From positions 279,787-343,786 of the forward strand of contig CAXULY010000001.1 of the NCBI GenBank assembly GCA_964252075.1: 64,000 nt of DNA, given 5' to 3'. Each line of letters opens with the position of its first letter. The stretch's first letter is position 1. This document shows positions 1 through 12,942 of the stretch, piece after piece. The notes below the pieces were generated by a model that made no database searches, was not told where the DNA came from, and saw only the letters and a list, made by a program, of their open reading frames with translations. The position numbers and the translations under genes were made by a program. Source of the DNA: an uncultured Deinococcaceae bacterium. Lineage in GTDB: Bacteria > Deinococcota > Deinococci > Deinococcales > Deinococcaceae.

Positions 1-1632
1 GCCGCCCTGCGAGTAGATGCCGAGGACGTTCGTTGTGCCCGGGCTGTTGGGGTCGTCGGTGTAGGTGATGCTGTCCTTGATCTTGATGGTGCCCGTGGTG
101 GCCAGGGTGAGTTGGACGCCGGAGGCGATGGATGCGGAGGTGTTGCCGCCACCGCCCGTCAGGCTGTTGACCTTCCCGTTGACGTACAGCATGCCGTTGA
201 AGCTGCCGGTCATAGTTTTTTGCAGTGAGCCGCTCACATACACCTGCCAGCCGCTGGCGGTCTGGTCGAATCGCGTCGTCACGCCGCCCTGCACGATGGT
301 GATGCGCTGGTAGTTGCCGTTCTTGCTCATCACGATGCTATCCACGTCGCCGTTGATGTAGATGCCGCCGTTGTTGCTGCCGTCCTGGCTGTTCCACGTG
401 CTTTGCTGGTTGCTGGTGGTGCCGTTGCCCTTGGAGTAGTAGATGCCAGCCGCCACGGGGTTCGGGACGTTCCAGGAGGCAGCGAGCTGGGCCGCGGTGA
501 CCGTCGATGAATCAGCGGGGTCGCCGCCGAACGAGGCGCGAAGCTGGTTGTTGTTGTTGCTCGGGAGGGGAACGGTTGGCACCACCGCCGCCGCGTAGTT
601 CGGCGTCATGCTGGGGCAGCCGCCCTGCGTTGTGAGTTGCGTCTGGCTGCACGGCGAACCGGAGAGATCCCAGTTGGCGGATGCGCTGGTCAGGCGGTCC
701 TGAAAGACGGGCGCGCCGCTCAGGTGCAAGGTGCCGTTGGTGTGCACCGGGCCGTCGAAGGTCTCGCCTGCGGACAGGTACAGAGGGCTGCCACTGACCG
801 AGTTGGTGTTGTTTCTGAAAAACACATACTGGTTGAATCCGGCACGTTGCACCACGAAGCCATACGCGGTGGAGGGATCGCTCCCGGTCGTTCCGAAGCC
901 GGGGGTGGTGGCTGTCGCCGCTGCTTGCACGACTCGCCGTGCGGCAGCGCTCGTCCCGCTCGTGGGCGTCGCCGTGCCCGTGGCGCTCATGGACTTCGTT
1001 TGAAGAAACACCTTGAAGGCGCGGAGGCCCACTTGGTACACGCTCAGAGGCTGAACCTGAAGAGAGGCGCTCATTTCGCGGTTGAGGTTGCCAGTGGCGT
1101 CGAGGGCGCCACCCAGGCTCATGCCCTGACTGGTGAGCGCGCTCAGGTACGTGGCCTGTTCGCTGGCCTTCACTCCGGCGGCGTTGTAGGCGGCGGTGAG
1201 CACGCTGGTGTCCACGTAGTTGGTGTTCGTCAGGGCCGCCGCGAGGCTGCCGCTGGGCTGCACGTTGCACATGAAGACGGCCCCAGTGCTGCTGAGGGTC
1301 GCGGTGCTGGAGAAGTTCGGCAGGCTCCCGACGCTCACGCCGCAGATCTGAGCGATGAAGTTGCGCAGGTCGATGTCCGTCAGCGTCTGCTTCAACGCGA
1401 GGCCATTCAACACCTGGCGGAACTGGTAGAGGCGCGCTTTCGCGCGCGCCATCCCGCTGTCCGCCGCGTACTGCGCCGCGAGCACGAAGCGCTGGTCGGC
1501 CGTGGTTCGCCGGGCGGACAGGGACAGGTTCGCCGTCACGATCAGAATGCCCATCAAGATCATCAGGACCGTCAGGACGAGTGGCACGGTGGCCATGCCG
1601 CGCTCCCGGCGTCTGCTGGATCCACGCCTCAT
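1..1632 (-). CDS. PilX/GspK-like minor pilin or pilus-assembly protein (DUF4900-like), 3' end runs off the window
   Basis: Manual translation, absent from the ORF track because it has no stop in the window. It reads MRRGSSRRRERG|MATVPLVLTVLMILMGILIV...AAQYAADSG, a class III prepilin leader plus hydrophobic helix, followed by FDGPVHTNG and GGIYINGDV beta-rich segments. The frame is open to base 1. Confidence 0.8.
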   Translation of the reverse strand, partial: MRRGSSRRRERGMATVPLVLTVLMILMGILIVTANLSLSARRTTADQRFVLAAQYAADSGMARAKARLYQFRQVLNGLALKQTLTDIDLRNFIAQICGVSVGSLPNFSSTATLSSTGAVFMCNVQPSGSLAAALTNTNYVDTSVLTAAYNAAGVKASEQATYLSALTSQGMSLGGALDATGNLNREMSASLQVQPLSVYQVGLRAFKVFLQTKSMSATGTATPTSGTSAAARRVVQAAATATTPGFGTTGSDPSTAYGFVVQRAGFNQYVFFRNNTNSVSGSPLYLSAGETFDGPVHTNGTLHLSGAPVFQDRLTSASANWDLSGSPCSQTQLTTQGGCPSMTPNYAAAVVPTVPLPSNNNNQLRASFGGDPADSSTVTAAQLAASWNVPNPVAAGIYYSKGNGTTSNQQSTWNSQDGSNNGGIYINGDVDSIVMSKNGNYQRITIVQGGVTTRFDQTASGWQVYVSGSLQKTMTGSFNGMLYVNGKVNSLTGGGGNTSASIASGVQLTLATTGTIKIKDSITYTDDPNSPGTTNVLGIYSQGG

Positions 1633-1792
1633 CTGCGCGCCTTGAGGGGGATTGTGCGGGTCAGCCCACCAAGATGTCGGAAAGTTAACGATTGATGAAG
1701 CATGCTCACGGCGGCAGAATACGAGCTGAAGTCGCACACGAACCTTACAAATATTCGCTGGGAGGGCGAAAGGGACGGATTAAGCTGAACGT

Positions 1793-2365
1793 GTGCGAGC
1801 CCTGACCTGGATCGTTGTTCTCATCTTCGGTGGTGTTGCTTTGGCAGCGCCCCTTCCCCCCTCGGCCTACCTGCCGAACCTGAAGCATGTGGCGCAGAGT
1901 TACAACAACTGCGGTCCGGCCGCCCTGGTCAGTGTGCTGGGGTACTACGGGGTTCAGGTGGATCAGGCGGCGCTCGCGGCGGTGTTGCGCCCGCGGGGCG
2001 GGTACATGACGACGGGCGTGATCGCGCCGTTCCTGAAGCCCTTCGGGCTGCGGGCGACGGTCTTCAAGAACGGACAGGCAAGTCACCTGCGCGCGCTGGT
2101 GGCGGCAGGCATCCCGGTGATCGCGCTGCAGTGGCTAAACCGTGAGGGCGGCATCCCGCACTTTCGTGTGGTGCGCGGGTATGACGACAAGGCCGGGGTG
2201 TTCTGGCTGGATGATCCGCTGTATGGTGCCAACGTGTACGTGAGTTACGCGGATTTTCAGCGGTTGTGGGGCGTGTACGGGCAGGAGTTCATCCCGGTGT
2301 ACCCGGCGGGCTGGGAGGACAAGGTCGCGCGGATGCTGGGCCTGCACCACCTTCCCGCGTCGTGA
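1793..2365 (+). CDS. Secreted C39-like cysteine peptidase
   Basis: Signal peptide; QSYNNCGPAAL (Q/C), PHFRVV (H) and LDDP (D) match the C39 catalytic pattern. Confidence 0.8.
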   Translation: MRALTWIVVLIFGGVALAAPLPPSAYLPNLKHVAQSYNNCGPAALVSVLGYYGVQVDQAALAAVLRPRGGYMTTGVIAPFLKPFGLRATVFKNGQASHLRALVAAGIPVIALQWLNREGGIPHFRVVRGYDDKAGVFWLDDPLYGANVYVSYADFQRLWGVYGQEFIPVYPAGWEDKVARMLGLHHLPAS

Positions 2366-2901
2366 TTCTGGCGCTGGACACGGCGACGCCCTTTCTGGTG
2401 CTGGGTCTGCTGGGTGAGGGTGTGGCGCTGGAGCGCGTGGAGGAAGTGGGGCGCGCGCACGCCGAGCGGCTGGCGGGTGCGGTGGCGCACGCATTCGCTC
2501 AGGCGGAGCGGCCAGTGGGCGCGCGGGAGGTCGTGGTGGGGGTCGGACCGGGCTCCTACACGGGTTTGCGCGTGGGCGCCAGTTACGCGCTGGGGTTGGG
2601 CCGCGCGCTGGGTGCGCGCGTGACGGGCGTCAGTACCCTGGAGGCCATCGCGGGGCGCGGGGACGGGCGGGTGGCGGCGTCGCTGGACGCCCGCAAGGGG
2701 CAGGTGTACGGCGGGGTATTTCGCGTGGAGGGCGGGGTGGTGCAGGAGGTGCTGCTGCCCGAGGACAAGTACCCGCTGGAGGCCTTCGAGGGTCACGCGC
2801 GGGGCGCCGCGTGGTTGCGCGACGTGCCGCCGGGCGGTCTTGCGCTGGCGCGTCTGGTGCGCGAGCGCGGCCTCGACCCGACGGCGCTGCGGTACCTGTG
2901 A
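2362..2901 (+). CDS. tsaB: tRNA t6A biosynthesis protein TsaB
   Basis: ILALDTAT, GVGPGSYTGLRVG and LDARKGQVY motifs; GTG start overlaps the upstream stop (GTGA). Confidence 0.9.
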   Translation: MILALDTATPFLVLGLLGEGVALERVEEVGRAHAERLAGAVAHAFAQAERPVGAREVVVGVGPGSYTGLRVGASYALGLGRALGARVTGVSTLEAIAGRGDGRVAASLDARKGQVYGGVFRVEGGVVQEVLLPEDKYPLEAFEGHARGAAWLRDVPPGGLALARLVRERGLDPTALRYL

Positions 2902-2942
2902 GGGGCGCGCGCGTGGTGGGCGGCCTCTGTTAGCCTGCGGGC

Positions 2943-4124
2943 ATGACGGAGTTGCTGTTCCGAGAGGATGCCCACGCCACCGGGTTCAGCGCGCGGGTGC
3001 TGGACGCCACGGAGGGTCGGGTGCGGCTGGACCGCACGCTGTTCTATGCCGAGGCCGGTGGGCAGAGTTCGGACGTGGGGTGGCTGCGCTGGCCGGGCGG
3101 GGATTCGCGCGTGACGGACGTGCAGAAGGACGCGGGTGAGGTGTGGCACACCCTGGACGGCGCGCTGCCCGAGGTGGGCGCGGAGGTGACGGGCGAGATC
3201 GACTGGCCCACACGGTACCGGCACATGCAGCGGCACAGCGCCGAGCACCTGCTGGCGCAGGCGTTCCTGCGCGTGAACCCGGCGTTTCAGGTGCGGTCCG
3301 TGAGTATGCGTTCGGCGGTCTGCACGCTGGACCTCGCGGGTGACCCCGGCGAGGCGGACGCGCGGGCGGCGGAGCGTCTGCTGCTGGACGTGATCGCCCG
3401 GAACCTGCCCATCGAGACCTTCGAGGTGCCGGACACGGACCTGGGCGCGTACCCGCTGAGGCGACCCGCGCAGGTCAGCGGACGGGTGCGACTTGTGGGG
3501 GTGCGGGAGGATTCCGGCTGGTGGGAGATGGTGGCGTGTGGCGGCACGCACCTGCCCAGCACTGCGTTCGCCGCGCCGGTGGTGGTGACGGAGCTGGAGC
3601 GCGTGCGGGGCCTGACGCGCGTGCATTTCATGGCGGGTGAGGAGGCCACTGAGTACCTGGGGCTGGTGCAGCGGCAGGCGGCGGGCATGGCGCAGGCGCT
3701 GAGTGTGCCCATCGAGCGCCTGCCGGAGCGCCTGGACGCCACGCTGGCAGAGGTGACGGCGCTGCGGCACACACTGGAGGGCGCCCGTGAGGGCTGGGCG
3801 GGGGCGCTGCTGGCGGCCGTGCGCGTCCAGGCGGCGCCGCAGGGGCAGGCTTTGCGGTTCGTGCGGCTGCCGGACGCGAACCTCGTGACGCCCGCCCTGA
3901 AGGCAGGCACAGGGTACGCCGCGACGCTCACGGTGGTGCTCGCGCCGGACGGACGCTGCGGTGTGGCGAGCGGGTCGCCTTCGCTGCACGCCGGGAACCT
4001 GCTGCGCGAGTGGCTCGCGCGGTCCGGTGGGCGCGGGGGGGGCCGGGCGGACACCGCTCAGGGTCAGGCGGGTGACGCCGAGGCGTTCGAGCGGGCCGCG
4101 CTCGGCTGGGCGGACGGGCGCTAG
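2943..4124 (+). CDS. Alanyl-tRNA editing protein (AlaX-like, with DHHA1 C-terminus)
   Basis: [17 protein letters not shown] (HxxxH), CGGTH Zn motifs and GGRGGG DHHA1 motif. Confidence 0.85.
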   Translation: MTELLFREDAHATGFSARVLDATEGRVRLDRTLFYAEAGGQSSDVGWLRWPGGDSRVTDVQKDAGEVWHTLDGALPEVGAEVTGEIDWPTRYRHMQRHSAEHLLAQAFLRVNPAFQVRSVSMRSAVCTLDLAGDPGEADARAAERLLLDVIARNLPIETFEVPDTDLGAYPLRRPAQVSGRVRLVGVREDSGWWEMVACGGTHLPSTAFAAPVVVTELERVRGLTRVHFMAGEEATEYLGLVQRQAAGMAQALSVPIERLPERLDATLAEVTALRHTLEGAREGWAGALLAAVRVQAAPQGQALRFVRLPDANLVTPALKAGTGYAATLTVVLAPDGRCGVASGSPSLHAGNLLREWLARSGGRGGGRADTAQGQAGDAEAFERAALGWADGR

Positions 4125-5203
4125 CGGGCGCTGGTGGGGCGGGCGGCGGTGACGGCGCGCGCCGCGTCCAGGAGGCCCGCGCCGCAGGTCTTGCGGGGGT
4201 CCGGGTCGCAGGTGCCGCCTGGGAAAGGGCGGGCGGTCTGGCGGAGCAGGACCTTCACCTGCGCGGGCGTGAGTTTCAGGTTGAGGCCCAGCATGAGGCT
4301 CACGACGCCCGCCACGTGCGGCGCGGCGAGGCTGGTGCCGTCGCGCGGCTGCGGTGATTCCGGCACGTTCGTGAGGATGCCGTGCGCGGCGGTGCCGCCG
4401 GGCGCGGCGATCGCGACGCTCGACCCGTAATTGGCGTAGGTGGGGCGGCGGTTCTGGTCGTCCGTGGCGGTCACCGTGATGACGCCCCGGCACCCGGCGG
4501 GCGTGTACCCACGGGCGTCCGCGCCGTCGTTCGCGGCGCCCGCGATCACCACGGCGCCCACGCGCGCCACATCGTCGAGCGCGGACTGCACGCGCGCGTC
4601 GCAGCCGGTGAGGGGAATGAAGTCCGCGAAGAGGCTGAGGTTGATGACGCGCGCAGGCCGCGCGTTGACGGGGGCGCCCGCCACCTTGAGGCCCGCGGCC
4701 CAGCGCAGGGCGTCCACGAGATCCGGCACGCTGATGGTGCCCTGGGCGTCCGCGACGCGCACTTCCAGCAGGCGCGCCTGCGGGTTGATGCCCGCCACGC
4801 CACGCCCGTCGTGCGCCGCCCCGATGATCTGCGCGACGAGGCTCCCATGGTACGCGGTGGCGCCCGGGTCGGCGGGGTTGGCGTCGCGGCCGTCGCCGTC
4901 GCCACTGCGGGTGGGGTCACTTACGAAGTCGTAGCCGGGGAAGGTGCGGCCCGCGAGTTCGGCGGTCGCGTGGTAGCCGGTGTCGAGCACCGCGACCGTC
5001 ACGGGTGCGCCGCGCGTGACCGCCCAGGCGCCCTCCATGTGGATGGCCTGCAGGTTCCACTGCTGCGCGTACAGCGGGTCGGCGGGCCGGTACGCGGCGG
5101 TCGGCACGGTGGGCGTGGTGGGTCCAGTGAGCGGCGTCACGACCTTGATGGCGTGCGCGCCAGCGAGGCTCACGGTCACGAGAAGGGCGAGGCGGCGCAG
5201 CAT
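4121..5203 (-). CDS. Secreted S8 subtilisin-like serine peptidase
   Basis: Signal peptide; catalytic triad [21 protein letters not shown]. Confidence 0.9.
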   Translation of the reverse strand: MLRRLALLVTVSLAGAHAIKVVTPLTGPTTPTVPTAAYRPADPLYAQQWNLQAIHMEGAWAVTRGAPVTVAVLDTGYHATAELAGRTFPGYDFVSDPTRSGDGDGRDANPADPGATAYHGSLVAQIIGAAHDGRGVAGINPQARLLEVRVADAQGTISVPDLVDALRWAAGLKVAGAPVNARPARVINLSLFADFIPLTGCDARVQSALDDVARVGAVVIAGAANDGADARGYTPAGCRGVITVTATDDQNRRPTYANYGSSVAIAAPGGTAAHGILTNVPESPQPRDGTSLAAPHVAGVVSLMLGLNLKLTPAQVKVLLRQTARPFPGGTCDPDPRKTCGAGLLDAARAVTAARPTSAR

Positions 5204-5286
5204 GCCCGCACTCTCGCGCGCGCGCCTGATGCGGCGCTGAAGAACAGCTCAAGCGCCGTGAGGGCGCGAGGTGATACAAGGAAGCC

Positions 5287-6060
5287 ATGCAAGCGGGCAG
5301 CGGGCAGAGGCGCGTGACCATCGTGACGGGCGCTTCGAGCGGCATAGGGGCGGCGGTGGCCGAGGAACTCGCGGCGCGTGGGGACGCGCTGGTGCTGGCC
5401 GCGCGCCGCCGGGAGGCGCTCGACGCGCTCGCGTTCCGACTGGACCCCAGCGGGAGCCGCGTGCGCGCCGTCACGGCGGACCTCACGCGCCCCGAGGACC
5501 GCACGCGGCTCGTCGCGGAGGCCACCGGGGCGTTCGGCCGTGTGGACGTGCTGGTGAACAACGCGGGCGCGACGGTGCAGCGGGGCTTCTGGTGGGACGA
5601 CCCGGACCCCCTGCGGGTCGTGCGGATCAACCTGGAAGCCCCCATTGAGCTGACGCGGCTGGTGTTGCCCGAATGGCGTGCGCGCGGCGCGGGGCACGTG
5701 GTGTTCGTGGGGTCCGTGGCGGGGCGCGTGCCGAGCAACGGCATCTACAGCGCGTCGAAGTTCGGGATTCGCGGCTTCGCACTCTCGCTGCGCCGCGAGC
5801 TGCTGGGCAGCGGCGTACAGGTCAGCTTGGTGTCGCCGGGCTTCGTGCGCACCGAGATGACCCGCGGCGTGTCCCTCCCCATGCCGGGCCCGGAGGGTGT
5901 GGCGCGCGCCGTGGCGGGGGTGCTGCGCGCCCCGCGCGCGGAGGTGACGGTGCCGGGCGTGTACCGCGCCCTCGCGACCCTGGAGCGGCTGTTCCCGGCG
6001 GTGGGTGACGCGGTGTTCCCCATGGTCATGAACCGCCGCTACCTGAGGCGCGGGTCGTGA
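5287..6060 (+). CDS. SDR family oxidoreductase
   Basis: [12 protein letters not shown] and YSASK motifs. Confidence 0.9.
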   Translation: MQAGSGQRRVTIVTGASSGIGAAVAEELAARGDALVLAARRREALDALAFRLDPSGSRVRAVTADLTRPEDRTRLVAEATGAFGRVDVLVNNAGATVQRGFWWDDPDPLRVVRINLEAPIELTRLVLPEWRARGAGHVVFVGSVAGRVPSNGIYSASKFGIRGFALSLRRELLGSGVQVSLVSPGFVRTEMTRGVSLPMPGPEGVARAVAGVLRAPRAEVTVPGVYRALATLERLFPAVGDAVFPMVMNRRYLRRGS

Positions 6061-7079
6061 GGCACCAGCTGGCGGGCTGGCTGCGCTCGGTGGGGTTGGG
6101 CCGCCTGCACCGCGCGGACCTCGCGATCACGCCGTACTGCGGCTGGGGCACGCCGCAGTCCGTGGAGCTGCAGGGCCGCGTGCTGGTGCCGCGCCGCCCC
6201 ATCCGCCCACAGCGTGGGGACCGCGCGTGGCGAAACCTCGCGGCGAGCCTCGGGCGGCTGTGGAGTCTGGAGGTGCCGGGCGTGCCCGTGCAGGGAGAGC
6301 TGGGTGGCCTGCAGGCGAGCGCCGTGAGTGACGACGAGGGCTTCTTCACCCTGCGGTTCCAGCCGAGGGAGCCCCTCCCGCCCGGCTGGCACCCCGTCAC
6401 CCTCCACCTGCCCGGGCGTGAGCGCCAGACGCGCGCCCGGGCGCTGGTGGTGGATGAAGCGCCCTTCGGGGTCATCAGCGACCTGGACGACACGGTCGTG
6501 CAGACGGGCGCCACGAAGACCCTCGCGATGCTGTTCACGGTGCTGACCCGAAACGCCCGCACGCGCCTGCCGTTCCCCGGCGTGGGCGCCCTGTACCGCG
6601 CGTTCTCGCGGCGCGGCAGCCCGGTGTTCTACGTGTCGAGCAGCCCCTGGAATTTCTTCGACGTGCTGTGGCACTTCCTCGATTACCGCCGCATTCCCCT
6701 CGGGCCGCTGTTCCTGCGGGACTGGGGGCTGGACCTGCTGCGCGGCCACAACACGCACAAGCTGAGCATCATCACGCGGGTGATGGACCGCTACCCGAAG
6801 CTGGCGTTCGTGCTGGTCGGGGACAGCGGCGAGCACGACCCGGAAATCTACGCGGAGGTGGTGCGCACGCACCCCGGGCGGGTGCTGGCGGTGTACATCC
6901 GGGACGTGGTGGGGCGGCGCCGGGAGCCGTCCGTGGCGCGCCTGCGCGAGGACCTGCGCGCGCGTGGCGTGCCCATGCTGCTCGCGCGGGACACCCTGGC
7001 CGCCGCGCACCACGCGATGGCGCTGGGCCTCATCACGCCCGAGGACCTCAAGCGCGTCGCCCAGTCCGCGGTGCGGTAA
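6057..7079 (+). CDS. App1-family phosphatidate phosphatase (DUF2183-like)
   Basis: [15 protein letters not shown] and [13 protein letters not shown] motifs; coupled to the SDR gene by a GTGA overlap. Confidence 0.8.
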   Translation: MRHQLAGWLRSVGLGRLHRADLAITPYCGWGTPQSVELQGRVLVPRRPIRPQRGDRAWRNLAASLGRLWSLEVPGVPVQGELGGLQASAVSDDEGFFTLRFQPREPLPPGWHPVTLHLPGRERQTRARALVVDEAPFGVISDLDDTVVQTGATKTLAMLFTVLTRNARTRLPFPGVGALYRAFSRRGSPVFYVSSSPWNFFDVLWHFLDYRRIPLGPLFLRDWGLDLLRGHNTHKLSIITRVMDRYPKLAFVLVGDSGEHDPEIYAEVVRTHPGRVLAVYIRDVVGRRREPSVARLREDLRARGVPMLLARDTLAAAHHAMALGLITPEDLKRVAQSAVR

Positions 7080-7126
7080 ACGGCCCGGGCCGCCGTGGGG
7101 CGTCCGGGCCGCGCGCGAGATCGGGT

Positions 7127-7435
7127 TTACTTGTCGAACTTGTCGTAGCCGGCCGCGCTGCGCCGCTGCGCGCCGCGCGCGTAGTCCAGCTGCATCTCGA
7201 TCTGCTCGTGCCCGCCGTCCGTGAGGGTGCTGGCAGGCACCCAGTAATTGAGGCGCTGGTCGTCCAGCTGCACCCAGAAGCGGCCCTGGTCGGACGCGTC
7301 CCGCCAGAAGACCACCTGAGCGAAGTGGTTGGCCTCGGCCCAGCCCACGACTTCCTTCACGACGCGTTCGCTGCCCGCCTGCGTGGGCGGCAGGTCCGCG
7401 CCGTCCCGCTCGTCCCTGAAAAGTACCTCGGCCAT
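7127..7435 (-). CDS. Hypothetical protein (~102 aa)
   Basis: Good codon usage; TACCCT-N6-ATG leaderless start at 7435 (MAEVLFRD...). Confidence 0.65.
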   Translation of the reverse strand: MAEVLFRDERDGADLPPTQAGSERVVKEVVGWAEANHFAQVVFWRDASDQGRFWVQLDDQRLNYWVPASTLTDGGHEQIEMQLDYARGAQRRSAAGYDKFDK

Positions 7436-7512
7436 GCGCCCAGGGTACAGGAGCGCGCGCGGGCGCATGGCCCGCGAGGCGCGAGGGTTAAGGCAGCATT
7501 ATGCTGGTGCCC

Positions 7513-8289
7513 GTGCCTGCCCTGACCGTCACCACCCTGAACACCTGCGGCCTGCGTTCCGCGCTGCGCAAGGGCCTCCCGGAGTGGCTGCGCGCCGCCG
7601 CGCCGGACGTGCTGCTGCTGCAGGAGACGCGCTGCGACCCCATGCCTGACGTCCTCGCGGAAGCCGGGTACACCAGCGTCTGGCACCCCGCCGTGCGCGC
7701 CGGGTACAGCGGCGTGGCGATCGCGTCGCGCCGCCCACCGGACCGCGTGGAGGTGGGCCTCGGGCACGCGGACTACGACGACGAGGGCCGCGTCCTGACC
7801 GCGCACTTCGGGCCGCTGGCGGTCGTGAGCGCGTACCTGCCGAGCGGCTCCAGCGGCCCGGAGCGCCAGGCCTTCAAGGAGCGCTGCCTCACGCACTTCC
7901 TGGAGTGGGTGAAGGCGCGCGTGGCCCAGGGGCCGCTGCTGATCGGCGGGGACCTGAACATCGCGCACACGCCACTGGACCTGAAGAACTGGCGCACGAA
8001 CCAGAAGAACTCCGGGTTCCTGCCGCACGAGCGCGCCTGGATGGACGAACTGCTGGCGCTCGGCCTGCGCGACACGCACCGCGCGCACCTGGGCGAGCGC
8101 GCGGAGTACACGTGGTGGAGCACGCGCGGGCAGGCCTACGCGAACGACGTGGGGTGGCGCATCGATTACCTGCTGGCGGGCGGCCTGGAGAGCGGTGAGG
8201 TGCTGGTGGACAAGGCCGCGCGCCTCTCCGACCACGCGCCCCTCACTGCGCGCCTCGTGGGGCCGCCCGACGCGCTCGCGGGCTGGTGA
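7513..8289 (+). CDS. xth: Exodeoxyribonuclease III / AP endonuclease
   Basis: LQET, GYSGVA, GDLNIAH, WRIDY and SDHAP motifs; start placed at the GTG 7 nt after TATGCT. Confidence 0.9.
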   Translation: MPALTVTTLNTCGLRSALRKGLPEWLRAAAPDVLLLQETRCDPMPDVLAEAGYTSVWHPAVRAGYSGVAIASRRPPDRVEVGLGHADYDDEGRVLTAHFGPLAVVSAYLPSGSSGPERQAFKERCLTHFLEWVKARVAQGPLLIGGDLNIAHTPLDLKNWRTNQKNSGFLPHERAWMDELLALGLRDTHRAHLGERAEYTWWSTRGQAYANDVGWRIDYLLAGGLESGEVLVDKAARLSDHAPLTARLVGPPDALAGW

Positions 8290-8431
8290 ACGTCCGCCGC
8301 GTGAAGCACTTCACGCGGCTCACCATCCTTTCAGCTTGGCTTTAGACACTATCGGAGAGCTTCGGGCACGCCCAGGCTGACACCACGATGAACAACGACC
8401 TTACGCTGAACCCTGGCGTCGGAGGTGGACC

Positions 8432-8872
8432 ATGACCGAACAAGAGCGTGACCTTCTGGAGCGCGTGATGGGCAGTTGGGATGATCAGGAAGCCGCGCTG
8501 GAGTTCCGCGTGAGCGCCATCCCCTACGACCTCCCCGTGCTCCTGCCGAGCTTCCCCAGCCAGCAGGTGGTGGGCAGCATGACCCGCCGCGTGCGCGCCG
8601 AGGGCGGCACGCAACGCTGGGAGATTCACCTGAACGCCGTCGCGCCCGCCCGGCAGATCCTCGACCAGCTCGGGCAGGCGCTCACGCAGGAAGGCTGGAG
8701 CGCCACCATGGGCGCCGAGCCGGACGGCAAACACCTTCAGCTCCGCAAGGACGACCTGAGCCTCAGCGCGCGCACCACCGAGCGGCGCGGCCTCACGCAG
8801 CTCGCCCTGCGCGTGACGCGCCAGCCGCCCGGGTCGGAGCAGACCTTCTGGCCGGAGCAGGCCTCCGCCTGA
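8432..8872 (+). CDS. Hypothetical protein
   Basis: GGAGG RBS; host-like codon usage. Confidence 0.65.
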   Translation: MTEQERDLLERVMGSWDDQEAALEFRVSAIPYDLPVLLPSFPSQQVVGSMTRRVRAEGGTQRWEIHLNAVAPARQILDQLGQALTQEGWSATMGAEPDGKHLQLRKDDLSLSARTTERRGLTQLALRVTRQPPGSEQTFWPEQASA

Positions 8873-8877
8873 CGCGA

Positions 8878-8903
8878 GCGGGGCGGCCTCACGACCGCCC
8901 CGC
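8878..8903. terminator. Hairpin between convergent genes
   Basis: gcggggcgg-N8-ccgccccgc, a perfect 9-bp stem. Confidence 0.6.
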
Positions 8904-8909
8904 CTTCCA

Positions 8910-11843
<2,934 letters not shown>

Positions 11844-11880
11844 GAGGGCCTCCAGAGGCAGGGGGTGGTCCAGCAAAAAC

Positions 11881-11895
11881 TTGTACTGAGTTCAA
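11881..11895. promoter_or_regulatory. Palindromic operator TTGTACTGAGTTCAA (FadR-like, TetR family)
   Basis: 15-bp near-perfect palindrome abutting the TATACT -10 on the minus strand; fits TTRNACYNRGTNYAA, the Thermus FadR consensus as I recall it. Confidence 0.55.
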
Positions 11896-11956
11896 GTATA
11901 GCGGGCCGCCCGGCGGCGCAACATCGCGCAAGGCACACGAACCCGGTGCCTTCAGC

Positions 11957-12003
11957 TTGACACATCGCACCCCGCCACCCATATTGAGAATATGTTCTCA
12001 ATA
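11957..12003 (+). promoter_or_regulatory. Leaderless sigma70 promoter plus a 9-4-9 palindromic operator
   Basis: TTGACA(11957)-N17-CATATT-N6-ATG; TATTGAGAA-tatg-TTCTCAATA at 11982-12003. Confidence 0.65.
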
Positions 12004-12939
12004 AGCCAGTCCGGGCTCCTCGACACCATCGTCATCGGCGCGGGCAGTGCGGGACTCAGCGCCGCCCTGGTCCTGGGCCGCGCCCGCCGACAGGTGCTGG
12101 TGCTGGACGGCGGCCCCCCCCGCAACGCCTCCGCCGACGCGGCACACGGCTTCCTGACCCGCGACGGCACGCCCCCCGCCGAACTCCTGCAGATCGCTCG
12201 GGCGCAGCTCACCCCGTACCCCGTGCAGCTGATGCGGGCCCAGGCAGAGCGCGCCCACGCCACCCAGGACGGCTTCGAGGTCCGCGTGACGGGTGGCGCG
12301 GTGCACCACGCCCGTCGGCTGGTGCTCGCCACCGGCGTCACCGACGTGCTCCCCGACCTCCCCGGACTGCAGGAAGGCTGGGGCCACAGCGTCCACCACT
12401 GCCCTTACTGCCACGGCTGGGAGGTGCGCGACCAGGCGCTCGCGGATCTGGTCCCGGCGGGCGGGGACGCGGCCTATCACCGCGGCGTGCTGCTGCGGCA
12501 GTGGACCCCCGACCTCACCGTCCTGACGCACGGCGGCGCCGCCCTCAGTGACGACCAGCAGGTGCAGCCGGACGCGCTGGGCGTGCGCGTGGACGCCAGG
12601 CCCGTCGCAGCATGGACGGGTTCCGCCGTGGTCTTTCAGGACGGCTCCACCCTCGCCCGCCACGCGCTGTTCGTGACGCCCACCCTGCGCCAGCGCGCCG
12701 ACCTCCCGGACCAGCTGGGCTGCGAGCGCGCCCAGACCGGCCCCATGCCGGGCGTGCTGCTCCGGGTGCAGCCGGAAAGCGGACTGACCAGCGTGCCGGG
12801 CGTGTACGCGGCGGGCGACCTCGCGGGGGAGCAGCAGGTGCTGCTCGCCGCGGCGAGCGGCGCGCGCGCCGCGTACGCCATCAACGCCGAGCTGAGCGTC
12901 TCGGATGCCCGCCGCGCGGCGCAACCCGCTATCCTCTGA
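11992..12939 (+). CDS. NAD(P)/FAD-dependent oxidoreductase, thioredoxin-reductase-like
   Basis: IGAGSAG, LATG, CPYC and TSVPGVYAAGD motifs. Confidence 0.85.
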   Translation: MFSISQSGLLDTIVIGAGSAGLSAALVLGRARRQVLVLDGGPPRNASADAAHGFLTRDGTPPAELLQIARAQLTPYPVQLMRAQAERAHATQDGFEVRVTGGAVHHARRLVLATGVTDVLPDLPGLQEGWGHSVHHCPYCHGWEVRDQALADLVPAGGDAAYHRGVLLRQWTPDLTVLTHGGAALSDDQQVQPDALGVRVDARPVAAWTGSAVVFQDGSTLARHALFVTPTLRQRADLPDQLGCERAQTGPMPGVLLRVQPESGLTSVPGVYAAGDLAGEQQVLLAAASGARAAYAINAELSVSDARRAAQPAIL

Positions 12940-12942
12940 CTC

